A DNA stretch of 64,000 bases, taken from positions 4,704-68,703 of the forward strand of contig JAYOBT010000006.1 in NCBI GenBank assembly GCA_038105035.1. Reading direction: 5' to 3'. The notes below the pieces were generated by a model, which saw only the letters and a list, made by a program, of their open reading frames with translations, searched no databases and was not told where the DNA came from. Within the stretch, counting starts at the first letter, position 1, and each line of letters opens with the position of its first letter. The DNA comes from Candidatus Poseidoniales archaeon (GTDB lineage Archaea; Thermoplasmatota; Poseidoniia; Poseidoniales; Poseidoniaceae). The position numbers were made by a program, and so were the translations under genes. Shown piece after piece: positions 50,827 to 59,891 of the stretch.

Positions 50827-53640
50827 ATGAAGACGACGGATGAAGTTGCATGGCAACAAGCATGGACCGATGCTAACGTCTTCGGTTCAAGTGATGATGC
50901 ATCCAAACCGAAATTCTACTGTTTGGAAATGTATCCGTATCCTTCCGGAAAAATGCACATGGGACACGTTCGAAACTATTCGATTGGCGATGCTGTTGCC
51001 CGTTACAAGCGGATGAAAGGTTTCAACGTCCTTTACCCAATGGGATTTGATTCGTTTGGAATGCCTGCAGAAAATGCTGCCATAGCTGAAGGTGGGCATC
51101 CTCATGACATCACCGAGAAGAACATGGCCTCCATTACGGAACAGATCAAGCGCATGGGATTCTCGTACGACTGGAGTCGATTGGTCAAGAGTCACGATCC
51201 GAATTATTACAAGTGGAACCAATTGTTCTTCACCCGCTTTTTCAATTCAGGACTCGCCTATCGTGAGTTTGCTCCAGTCAATTGGTGCGAATCCTGTTCA
51301 ACGGTCCTTGCCAACGAACAAGTCAAAGCGGGCCGATGCTGGCGATGCAACGGTCCTGTACGACAAAAGGACATGAGCCAATGGTTCATTGACATCACCA
51401 AGTACGCTCAACAATTGCTCGATGGACTCGATACCATCGAGTTTCCAGAAAGTGTTCGGTTGATGCAAGAGGACTGGCTTGGCCGTTCCGAAGGAGCAGA
51501 AATCGAATTCGGTATTGAAGGGAGTGAGGAAACCATCCGCGTTTTCACAACCCGGCCTGACACCCTGTTTGGCGTCACCTTCGTCACGCTCGCACCGGAA
51601 CACCCCCTTGCAGAACAACTGGTCAAAGGGACCGAGTATGAGGCGGGCTGGCAAGCCATGCACGATGTGTATGCCAACATGAGCGAGTTCGATCGAATCA
51701 AGAATCTCAACAAGAAGGAAGGTGTTTCTCTCGGGCGCTTTGCTATCCACCCGCTTACTGGTGAGAAAATTCCAATCTGGGCAGGTAACTTTGTTCTCGC
51801 TACCTACGGAACGGGAGCTGTCATGGCTGTTCCTGGTCATGATGAACGCGATTTTGACTTTGCCAAAACATACGATTTGCCAATCAAGCGTGTGCTCATC
51901 GAAAACGAGAACGATGATGCTGATGAAGAACTTGAATCAGCCTATACGGAAGATGGATACATGGTTCATTCAGGAATGGATGGATTCGATGGCCGCTTCG
52001 GAGATGCTGCGCGTACGGCTGTTATCGATGCCCTCGAAACCGCTGGAAAGGGCGATCGTCGAGTCAATTGGAAGATTCGCCCTTGGCTCATCAGTCGCCA
52101 GCGTTACTGGGGCACACCGATTCCAATCATCCACTGTGAGGACTGTGGAGCCGTTCCTGTTCCTGAAGATCAACTGCCAGTTGAACTTCCACGCGACGTT
52201 GTCTTCGATGGGAAAGGAAATCCATTGGAAACATCAGAATCATTCCTTAACGTAGATTGCCCCAAGTGCGGTAAGCCTGCACGAAGAGAAACCGATACGA
52301 TGGATACGTTTGTTGATTCATCGTGGTACTTCTTGCGCTATACCGATGCCAACAACCTCGAACAATGGTACGATGCAGACATCGCTGATTATTGGATGAA
52401 CGTTGATTTCTATTGTGGGGGAATCGAACATGCACAAATGCACCTGATTTACGCCCGTTTCTACACCAAGGCGCTTCGCGATCTTGGCTTCCATAGTATT
52501 GATGAACCATTCAACGAATTGCTCTGTCAAGGCATGGTCAACAAGAGCGCCCCTTTCTGTGAAACCTGTTCCGTGACCCTCTCGGTCGATCATGCTGGCT
52601 CACCATGTCCGCATTGCAATTCACCACTCGGTGAACGCTCTGCAAAAATGAGCAAATCGCTCGGTAACACGGTTTCTCCTGAACAGATGATCGAACAATT
52701 CGGGGCCGATACGGTTCGCTTGTTCATTCTCTTTGCTGCAAATCCGACCGCTGGAATGGACTGGTCCGATTCCGCTGTTGAAGCCAATCATCGAGTGATG
52801 CAACAACTGCAAACGATGCCTGACCAACTCCTTGGATGGAACAAGCCTGCCCATTCCATCGATGATTGGATGATGGCTCGACTCCGACAACGCCTCCAAC
52901 AATGGTCCGATGCGATGGACCGATACGACTTGCGTCGAGCTGTCGAATGCTCCCACTATGACATGGTCAAAGACATCAACTGGTACGTACGTCGCGGAGG
53001 AGGCAATGCTGAAATCGGCCGAACATTGCTTCACTCATGGACCCACATGATCGGCATCGCCACACCGCATCTTGCAGAAGATTGGTGGGCGCAACTTGGT
53101 GGAGAGGGACTCCTCGCTACGCATGTCATGGACGACATTCAGGCCGTCAGCGAAGAAGATCAGGCCGTCCTCGATGGAGAAGCATTGATTCGAGATCTCC
53201 TCGAACAAGCACGAAAAGTTCGCAGTGTTGCTGAGCGACACATCGATGGGGAAGCAACATCGCTCACCATCGTCACCTCCGCACCATGGAGAAACACCAT
53301 GGCAGAAATGGCATTAACACATCTTTCCGAAGGAAACAACGTCAAGACCTTCATGGGCATTTTGACCCAATCCGAACTCGCTCAAGGTGAAACACGGGGT
53401 GAACGACTCGGATTCTGGAACAAGCGCATGCTACCTCAAGTGTTCAAGTGGGACGATGAAAAGAAGCGAATTCTTCTTTCAACACTTGATGAAACACAGG
53501 TCTATGCTAATGCTTCCAACTTCATCGCAGAAGAACTCGGTCTTGCATCGGTACGCATCGTCCGTGGTGAAGGCGAAGAGGATGAAACAGGGAAAGCAGG
53601 CGTTGCGATGCCACTTTCACCCGCATTCATCTATGCTTGA
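50827..53640 (+). CDS. leuS: leucyl-tRNA synthetase
   Basis: The first in-frame ATG is at 50827; the track start at 50791 is GTG. Contains [15 protein letters not shown] (HIGH), TRPDT, [19 protein letters not shown] (CP1 editing) and KMSKS. Confidence 0.9.
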   Translation: [937 protein letters not shown]

Positions 53641-56336
53641 GTCTCTTCTCCGACCGGTTCCGAAGAAGCCTCAGGCGCAGTTGCTGGTTCGGTTTCAAGT
53701 GTTGGAACCGCTTTCTGTTGTGGTTGATTCGTCGGTGCCTTGACTGGTTTGAACGTGAAATAGCCAGCAACACAAGCAAGAGCGAGTGCAACCAAGATCA
53801 GAATTTGATTGATTCCAAAGGAAGAATCAGAACTTTCACTCTTGTTCTCAACAATGATCAAAGTACAACCATCCGAATCGACCTGTTCGCCAAGAGGTGT
53901 TGAAGGGCATAGGTCATCATCGTTCAGGATTCCATCGGAATCAGAATCAGCTTGTTCGGAGGAACATCCCGCACCATTGACAACAGTACTCAATGGTGTC
54001 CTTGGACAGATATCGGCATCGTTGAGAACTCCGTCTGCATCGTCGTCCACGTCTTCTTCACCATCGACACATCCGTCCGCATCGAAGTCTTGGGAAGGCA
54101 ACACTGGTCCAACAAGACCACGCGGGCACAGGTCGAAGATGTCTTCGAAACCATCGCCATCGTCATCGTCGTCTTCTTCGTCATCATGGCAACCATCCTG
54201 ATCACGATCGAGTGATGTATCGGTCGCATTCCAATCTCGGAACCCCTTTGGACACATATCGAGCTGGTTCGATCCAATCATATCGAGCATCATATCGTTG
54301 TCATCATCAAGGTCGTTGATGCTGTCTTGACAACCATCACGATCCCAGTCGTTCATTTCTGTTGAATCCCACAAAGCGAGATCACGTGGACAACCGTCCT
54401 CGATGTTGACGATTCCATCCCCATCCTCATCCAAGTCGCAAGCATCGCCAATGGAGTCACCATCAAGGTCTTCCTGTCCAGCGTTTGAAGTGCTTGGACA
54501 GTTGTCACGTTGATCAACAAAACCATCTTCATCCGTATCGAAGTCTGAACATCCATCTCCCTCAACGTCGGTTTCCAGAGTTGAGACCCATCCGATTGGA
54601 CCCTTCGGACACGAGTCAAGGTGGTCGTAGACTGTGTCGTTGTCATCATCAAAATCCTCGTCTGCATCACGGCATCCATCGCTGTCGTGATCGGTTGAAC
54701 CGCTGCTTGTCCAGCCAACTTCGCCTTGTTGACAGACGTCAAGATCGTCAGCAATCCCATCGTTATCGTCGTCATCATCGCAGACATCACCAAACACATC
54801 CGATTCGAAGTTCGCTTGGTCTGAATTGGACACTCTTGGACAATTGTCGATACCATCGAGCACACCGTCACCATCAAGATCGGTCTCATAGTGCCAGACA
54901 CCACCATCTTGTCCACCTACTGAAACCACAGAATGGTTACCGTACATACCTGAATCTTCGAATGAGAAGGCGATAAGAGAACCACCTGAAGAAGAGGAAA
55001 CCATGTCGTAAACACGGTCCCGGCCATCGCTTCCACCAGTGAGCGCCCACAACCAACCATCATTGAAATCGTATTCACCGAGGAAAATGTCGGTTCCAAA
55101 GTACCCCGTATCATCGTCGTAGTCAACCAAGGTTTCGCCACCGAGGGTGAACGTATACGTTGTCACACCAGCATAGATGACCGAACCAGATGCTGTTCGA
55201 TATGCTGCACTGTACATATCGTAACCCGAACCACCCTCAACAATGAGTCCGTCCCAGGCCCCATTGGTGGTGATGTCGGCTCGGAAAGCATCGAACCATT
55301 GTGTGGTCTCACTGTAATCCGTCCCGAACGTCGAATTGCCCTCAATGGTTCCGTAGACTTGCACATCCAATCCAGCCCCTGCAACGCAGCCGTTGACCAG
55401 GTCGTCGCCTGTGCCACCCGCTTGTTGCAACCAAATCCAACTGGCCGCATCGTATTTGGCGACAACGATGTCACCGCCACCGTTTGAATCAATAGAACCA
55501 ACCTCATCGAATGCGAGTTGTCCAATGAACGTGAAGGCGATGAACGTATCACCAACGCTGTTCTGACAGAAGCCACCAAAGGGCTCAACACCGTCTTCTG
55601 ACATGGCAGTAAATCCGTTGGTGAAGGTTCCGTATTCATCGAAAAGCATCACTGCAAGACTGGATTGGGAGCCACCAGCAAAAATGGTCTGATTCATATC
55701 AAGAAGTTCCTTGAACAATACACTCACATGGATTCGATCGTATTCATCAACAAACATATCGAACATCAAAATCTCTTGTTGGTTAGAGATGGAAACAGCC
55801 CATTGCCAACCAGTTTCAACGTCGTATCGAGCGATGTAGGCATTGCCCTCGTCAGAATCTGAATCCTTGTCCAATGTTGGAAGAGACCCCAAGGTCATGT
55901 TGCATTGAAGGCCTGCACTGCCAAGGCAATAATTGCCTGCAATGATGAAATCACCATCGCTCATCAAAGCAAGAGCATCCACGGAATCGACTCCGATGCT
56001 ACCGAACGATTCACTGAAATTCCAATCGTTGGTCTCGTTCGAGATGGCAATGAAACCATCCATGTCATCGAATCCAAGCTGGTTGGAATCGTGTCCGTTA
56101 TCGCCAATCAAGATTGAAGAAGTGAAACTACCGCCAACGAGAACGGAGTTGTTGGATAGAGGTGCAAGTGCATTGATGGAATCTTCTCCAAAGCCACCAA
56201 CTGTGACTGCCCATCCCAACGGTTCCGACTCCTCACCGTTGAATTGTGGAGAAATTTCAGCATCGAGAACCTCTGCTTGAGGGTGAGGCATTGTTGCGAG
56301 AAGGAGTGCAAAAACGATGAACAATGGACGAAGCAT
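53631..56336 (-). CDS. giant surface protein: signal peptide, SBBP-like beta-propeller region, ~10 Cys-containing TSP3-like repeats, C-terminal TM
   Basis: Start set at the ATG at 56336 (MLRPLFIVFALLLATMPHPQA). The N-terminal half has repeated ..GG.G.D......D.....G.F.. propeller-like units. Next come DLDGDGVLDGIDNCP, DHDSDGCRDADEDFDDDND, DLDEDGDGIVNIEDGCP and DSDSDGILNDDDLCP. The TM is ILILVALALACVAGYFTF. Confidence 0.8.
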   Translation of the reverse strand: MLRPLFIVFALLLATMPHPQAEVLDAEISPQFNGEESEPLGWAVTVGGFGEDSINALAPLSNNSVLVGGSFTSSILIGDNGHDSNQLGFDDMDGFIAISNETNDWNFSESFGSIGVDSVDALALMSDGDFIIAGNYCLGSAGLQCNMTLGSLPTLDKDSDSDEGNAYIARYDVETGWQWAVSISNQQEILMFDMFVDEYDRIHVSVLFKELLDMNQTIFAGGSQSSLAVMLFDEYGTFTNGFTAMSEDGVEPFGGFCQNSVGDTFIAFTFIGQLAFDEVGSIDSNGGGDIVVAKYDAASWIWLQQAGGTGDDLVNGCVAGAGLDVQVYGTIEGNSTFGTDYSETTQWFDAFRADITTNGAWDGLIVEGGSGYDMYSAAYRTASGSVIYAGVTTYTFTLGGETLVDYDDDTGYFGTDIFLGEYDFNDGWLWALTGGSDGRDRVYDMVSSSSGGSLIAFSFEDSGMYGNHSVVSVGGQDGGVWHYETDLDGDGVLDGIDNCPRVSNSDQANFESDVFGDVCDDDDDNDGIADDLDVCQQGEVGWTSSGSTDHDSDGCRDADEDFDDDNDTVYDHLDSCPKGPIGWVSTLETDVEGDGCSDFDTDEDGFVDQRDNCPSTSNAGQEDLDGDSIGDACDLDEDGDGIVNIEDGCPRDLALWDSTEMNDWDRDGCQDSINDLDDDNDMMLDMIGSNQLDMCPKGFRDWNATDTSLDRDQDGCHDDEEDDDDDGDGFEDIFDLCPRGLVGPVLPSQDFDADGCVDGEEDVDDDADGVLNDADICPRTPLSTVVNGAGCSSEQADSDSDGILNDDDLCPSTPLGEQVDSDGCTLIIVENKSESSDSSFGINQILILVALALACVAGYFTFKPVKAPTNQPQQKAVPTLETEPATAPEASSEPVGEETQA

Positions 56337-56436
56337 AGTCTTGTGATGAACTGCCACTTCATGAAGGTGTTGCGTTACAGTCCATTCACTTGTTTGTGAC
56401 GATTGGTTCAAAGACGGTCGACGTCGAGGTCCAACC

Positions 56437-57483
56437 ATGTCCCAAGGTCGTAAGCCAAAACGCAGCGGTCAGGGGCGGCAACGAAACCGTCGTCGCTACG
56501 GCGGCCCGCGCAAAGCCAATCTGATTGAACAATCGAAGAAAGAACTTCTCGAATACAATCAACGAGCCAACAACCGATTCGATTATGAGAAAACAGGTAT
56601 CCAGCCGGTCGGATTACCAGATGATTCATCAAACGCGAAATCCTTCTCATTTACGTGGAAATGCAACCCAGTCCGCCTCACGGATGAAGAGAAAATGGCC
56701 GATTTTGTCGTTCGCAAGGGTGAATTCGGTTGGCTCGATGATGACCGTGTCGATGAGATCGCGAACTTTGCTGAACCTCTTTCTATCTCAGCAGACCAGG
56801 CCCTGTCCCTTCGCTCAGCTCTTCTCCAGCAGAAGACCGTCTATGGCCACTCAACCATGCGGAATCGTGGTCGTCAAATCCACCGTGATTACAAGCAAGG
56901 AATGTCGGTGGTCGATTTGTCCAAGAAATACGACTTCCCCCCGATGAACATCTTTCGACAAATCCTCGCCGAGAAAGGATGGTCGAAGACGAAAATCAAG
57001 GAAGCCGTTCGGGCACCATCTCGTTTTTCAGAACGTGAACGAAAAGAATTCGAAGCTGCAGAGGAAGCTGATCGAGTCTCAAACGTTGACCAAAGCGAGA
57101 CCCACCTTCGGGCCGATGTGTTTGAGAACATTCTTGCCGATTGGTTTGAAGAGCAAGGTGTGCGACTTCGCCGTCAACCTGAACTTGTCAAAGAACAATC
57201 GATTGAGATCGGCGGTCCAAAACTAACGCCAGATATTCTGTTCCTCGACCATGTTGAGATCAATGGCCAACCGGTTGCATGGATTGATGCAAAACACTTC
57301 TACGGGGCTGATGTTGGGTTCCAACGCAAGAAGATGTCCAAACAAATGATGCGTTACATCAACGAATGGGGAAGTGGAGCCATCGTTTTCAGGCATGGAT
57401 TCTCAGAAAATCTGTACATGGCTGGCGTGACCATGTTGGACGCCAGTCCTTTGGACCTCTCTGAATTGCAAGACCGACCTTAG
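56437..57483 (+). CDS. TPD-motif PD-(D/E)XK nuclease-fold protein (CDIN1/C15orf41-like) with a basic N-terminal tail and HTH-like middle region
   Basis: The C-terminal region is ...ADVFENILADWFEEQGV...KLTPDILFLDHVEINGQPVAWIDAKHFYG: a helix E, then PD, then D-A-K. The middle region is YKQGMSVVDLSKKYDFPPMNIFRQIL. The N-terminus is MSQGRKPKRSGQGRQRNRRRYGGPRK. Confidence 0.6.
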   Translation: MSQGRKPKRSGQGRQRNRRRYGGPRKANLIEQSKKELLEYNQRANNRFDYEKTGIQPVGLPDDSSNAKSFSFTWKCNPVRLTDEEKMADFVVRKGEFGWLDDDRVDEIANFAEPLSISADQALSLRSALLQQKTVYGHSTMRNRGRQIHRDYKQGMSVVDLSKKYDFPPMNIFRQILAEKGWSKTKIKEAVRAPSRFSERERKEFEAAEEADRVSNVDQSETHLRADVFENILADWFEEQGVRLRRQPELVKEQSIEIGGPKLTPDILFLDHVEINGQPVAWIDAKHFYGADVGFQRKKMSKQMMRYINEWGSGAIVFRHGFSENLYMAGVTMLDASPLDLSELQDRP

Positions 57484-58511
57484 TCAACTCGCTGCGGAGC
57501 GATTCGGGTAACAAGTGAGTCCAAGTCAATGGAACGGAGGCGCTCGGAAAGATGTCGTAAATCACCCTCGTCAAGAGGTTGATTGGCTTTCGCAGGAAGG
57601 AGGACACACGATGTTCCAAGCATACACAATCGTGCCCTAATCTGTGCTTGAAGATTCAATTCGTTAATCGTAGATTGAACTGAAGCGAGCATCGATTGCC
57701 TAGAAGGCTCTTCCAACATCTTGGACATTCGGCCAAACGTTTGTGCTTCCTTCAACAGTTCATTCCAAATCGATGCATCCCATCGTTTCGAAGCGAGACG
57801 GTCCACTGCAGCATCGCCTGCACGTGTAATGCTTGATTTCCAGTCAGGATGATCGATGTATTCCGATGTATGCTTGGATTCACTTGATTGCCAAACCAAT
57901 AGGACATGCGAGTCGAGTGAGAAACTTTGAGCAACCCCAGGAGAAGGCGGAGAACCTGGATGTGTTCGAAGTTCAACACCTCCAACATAGAGCCCGAGTA
58001 CGTCGCCGAGACCTCCAGAATATCGTCGTTCAATGTGATGAGCAGCTCTGAAGTACTGCGGTATCGACCCTTTCTCAGTCATTTGATAACAAGCCAAAGC
58101 CAGTGCTGAAAGACCTGCAGCAGACATACCAAACCCTTGACTGAGTGGTAATTCGATTTCAACTTGAATGGAATAATTGGCATCCATTGGAAGAAGACGC
58201 GCTTGGCGCAGTTCATCGATGAGATCGTCGTACATTTGCTGACTGAGTGATTCATTCGGTATGTGCGCATTGATGATGACTTCGGTGATACCCTTCGATT
58301 TGACATCGGGAATGTCTTGATCCCAACCAGCCATCTCTTGGCCTGCTTCGATAACCTCACTTCGACCCGTTTCCTGAATTGAGACGGAAACACCATGCTC
58401 AAGACAAAGACCTGCTCCCCGACTTCCTTGATTTCGGGGGAGAAGAGCATCGTCATGGATTGAAAACAGCAAGGTGATGTGTCCACCAACCCGAACTGTT
58501 GCCATAGTCAT
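57480..58511 (-). CDS. pantoate kinase (archaeal CoA pathway, GHMP superfamily)
   Basis: GGHITLLFSI...GSRGAGLCLEHGVSV, LPLSQGFGMSAAGLSALALA and GGLGDVLGLYVGGVELRTHPGSP parallel the remembered Thermococcus pantoate kinase motifs (HITAFF, GSLGAGV, GFGNSAGGAL, GGLGDVIGQLAGGIEVR). Confidence 0.75.
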   Translation of the reverse strand: MTMATVRVGGHITLLFSIHDDALLPRNQGSRGAGLCLEHGVSVSIQETGRSEVIEAGQEMAGWDQDIPDVKSKGITEVIINAHIPNESLSQQMYDDLIDELRQARLLPMDANYSIQVEIELPLSQGFGMSAAGLSALALACYQMTEKGSIPQYFRAAHHIERRYSGGLGDVLGLYVGGVELRTHPGSPPSPGVAQSFSLDSHVLLVWQSSESKHTSEYIDHPDWKSSITRAGDAAVDRLASKRWDASIWNELLKEAQTFGRMSKMLEEPSRQSMLASVQSTINELNLQAQIRARLCMLGTSCVLLPAKANQPLDEGDLRHLSERLRSIDLDSLVTRIAPQRVD

Positions 58512-58559
58512 GCCATCTCATCAAGAATCATCAAGATGGCGGAAGGTCCGGTGTTCGAA

Positions 58560-59492
58560 TCAAGCAAATGCTCGACCGAGATCGTCGCCAAGGGCGGTGA
58601 AGCGGGACTTCAATTCCTCGATGGCGCTGTTGAAGACAGCCTCAGGAGCCAATGAACCATCGGTCTCAAAGGAGAAGACGAAACTACCGTCAACCTTGTT
58701 GAAAACAATCGCCTCATCGAAGTCTGCATCTCGACCGGTGCCGTGACCGACTTGATGGAGAGCCTTCTCGAGGTCGAGAACGGTTGAAACATCGTCGCAC
58801 TTCTTGTTGCTGAAGAGTTTCGCATCAATGGCTCGACCGTCACTGGTCTTGAGGTCAAGATCAAAGAGAACGGAGGCCTTCTTCGGCTTCTTGAGTTCTG
58901 CTACGTAACGTGGTTGGAAGGTGACGGCAGATGCAGCGGACCACTTGGCGTGGTCTCGGCCTCGACCGAGTGTTGCAAACGCAATGAACTCGAGGAACTG
59001 TCCTTGAGCAAGGTATGTGATTGGGATGGATTGCATTTCTTCACTGATGTCGAAGGCTGGGTCTGATACATTGGTCAAATCGCCTGCACGAACAACTCGG
59101 TACGGCTCATCACTGTCAGAAGATGGGCCTTGGACGTTGAGTGTGTACAAGACTTGACAGGTTGGGCAACCCTTGTCTTCTTCTGCAAGATCCATGCAGT
59201 TCTCACATTCGTCCGGGAACGCCATGCCCTCATCGGGTTGTGTTGGAATAGGAACCATAGCCAATCGGTGAGCAATGACTTCATCTGGAAGTGCGTTCAC
59301 GGATTCGTAAATTTCGCCACGATTGTTGTCTTGATTGACACCGAGTGTGAACATGACCTTGCTGATGGCCATTTTAGGGACATCAGCCATGATCGCACGT
59401 CGAAGTGCATTCACCTGGGATGCATCAGTATCTTCGATAAGGATCTTCATTTTGTTTCCTTTAGGATAACCGTCAACAACGCTTGCCTTCAT
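58560..59492 (-). CDS. rpoD: DNA-directed RNA polymerase subunit D (Rpo3)
   Basis: KILIEDTDASQVNALRRAIMADVPKMAI and the Cys cluster CENC...CPTC. The ATG at 59492 is preferred because GGAGG (59500-59504) sits 7 nt upstream. The track start at 59498 is 1 nt from that element. Confidence 0.85.
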   Translation of the reverse strand: MKASVVDGYPKGNKMKILIEDTDASQVNALRRAIMADVPKMAISKVMFTLGVNQDNNRGEIYESVNALPDEVIAHRLAMVPIPTQPDEGMAFPDECENCMDLAEEDKGCPTCQVLYTLNVQGPSSDSDEPYRVVRAGDLTNVSDPAFDISEEMQSIPITYLAQGQFLEFIAFATLGRGRDHAKWSAASAVTFQPRYVAELKKPKKASVLFDLDLKTSDGRAIDAKLFSNKKCDDVSTVLDLEKALHQVGHGTGRDADFDEAIVFNKVDGSFVFSFETDGSLAPEAVFNSAIEELKSRFTALGDDLGRAFA

Positions 59493-59507
59493 ATTCATTC
59501 CTCCAAA

Positions 59508-59891
59508 TCAGACACGTCGTCCACGTCGTCCACCCTTTTTCTTGGTGCCGTCGTGAGCGATTGGTGTAACATCCTCGATTCGAGTGATGGTCATACCTGC
59601 ACGTGTCAGTGCTCGAATAGCTGCTTGTGCACCAGGTCCAGTGTTGTTGGACTTGTTACCTCCAGGTGCACGATACTTGACGATGAGTTGTGTGAATTCC
59701 TTGTCCTTGAGCATGTCAGCAAGACGCTCTGCAGCACGAGTAGCAGCGAATTGGCCACCACTGTCCTTGGAGGACTTGACAACCTGTCCACCGGAGCAGG
59801 TTCCAATCGTCTCAGCACCGGTCAAATCGGTTGCTGTCATGAGGATGTTGTTGTAGGACGAGAAGATGTTGACGATGGCTCGACGTGTCAT
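59508..59891 (-). CDS. rps11: 30S ribosomal protein S11 (uS11)
   Basis: [25 protein letters not shown]...[31 protein letters not shown]. Its start overlaps the S4 stop (ATGA). Confidence 0.9.
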   Translation of the reverse strand: MTRRAIVNIFSSYNNILMTATDLTGAETIGTCSGGQVVKSSKDSGGQFAATRAAERLADMLKDKEFTQLIVKYRAPGGNKSNNTGPGAQAAIRALTRAGMTITRIEDVTPIAHDGTKKKGGRRGRRV

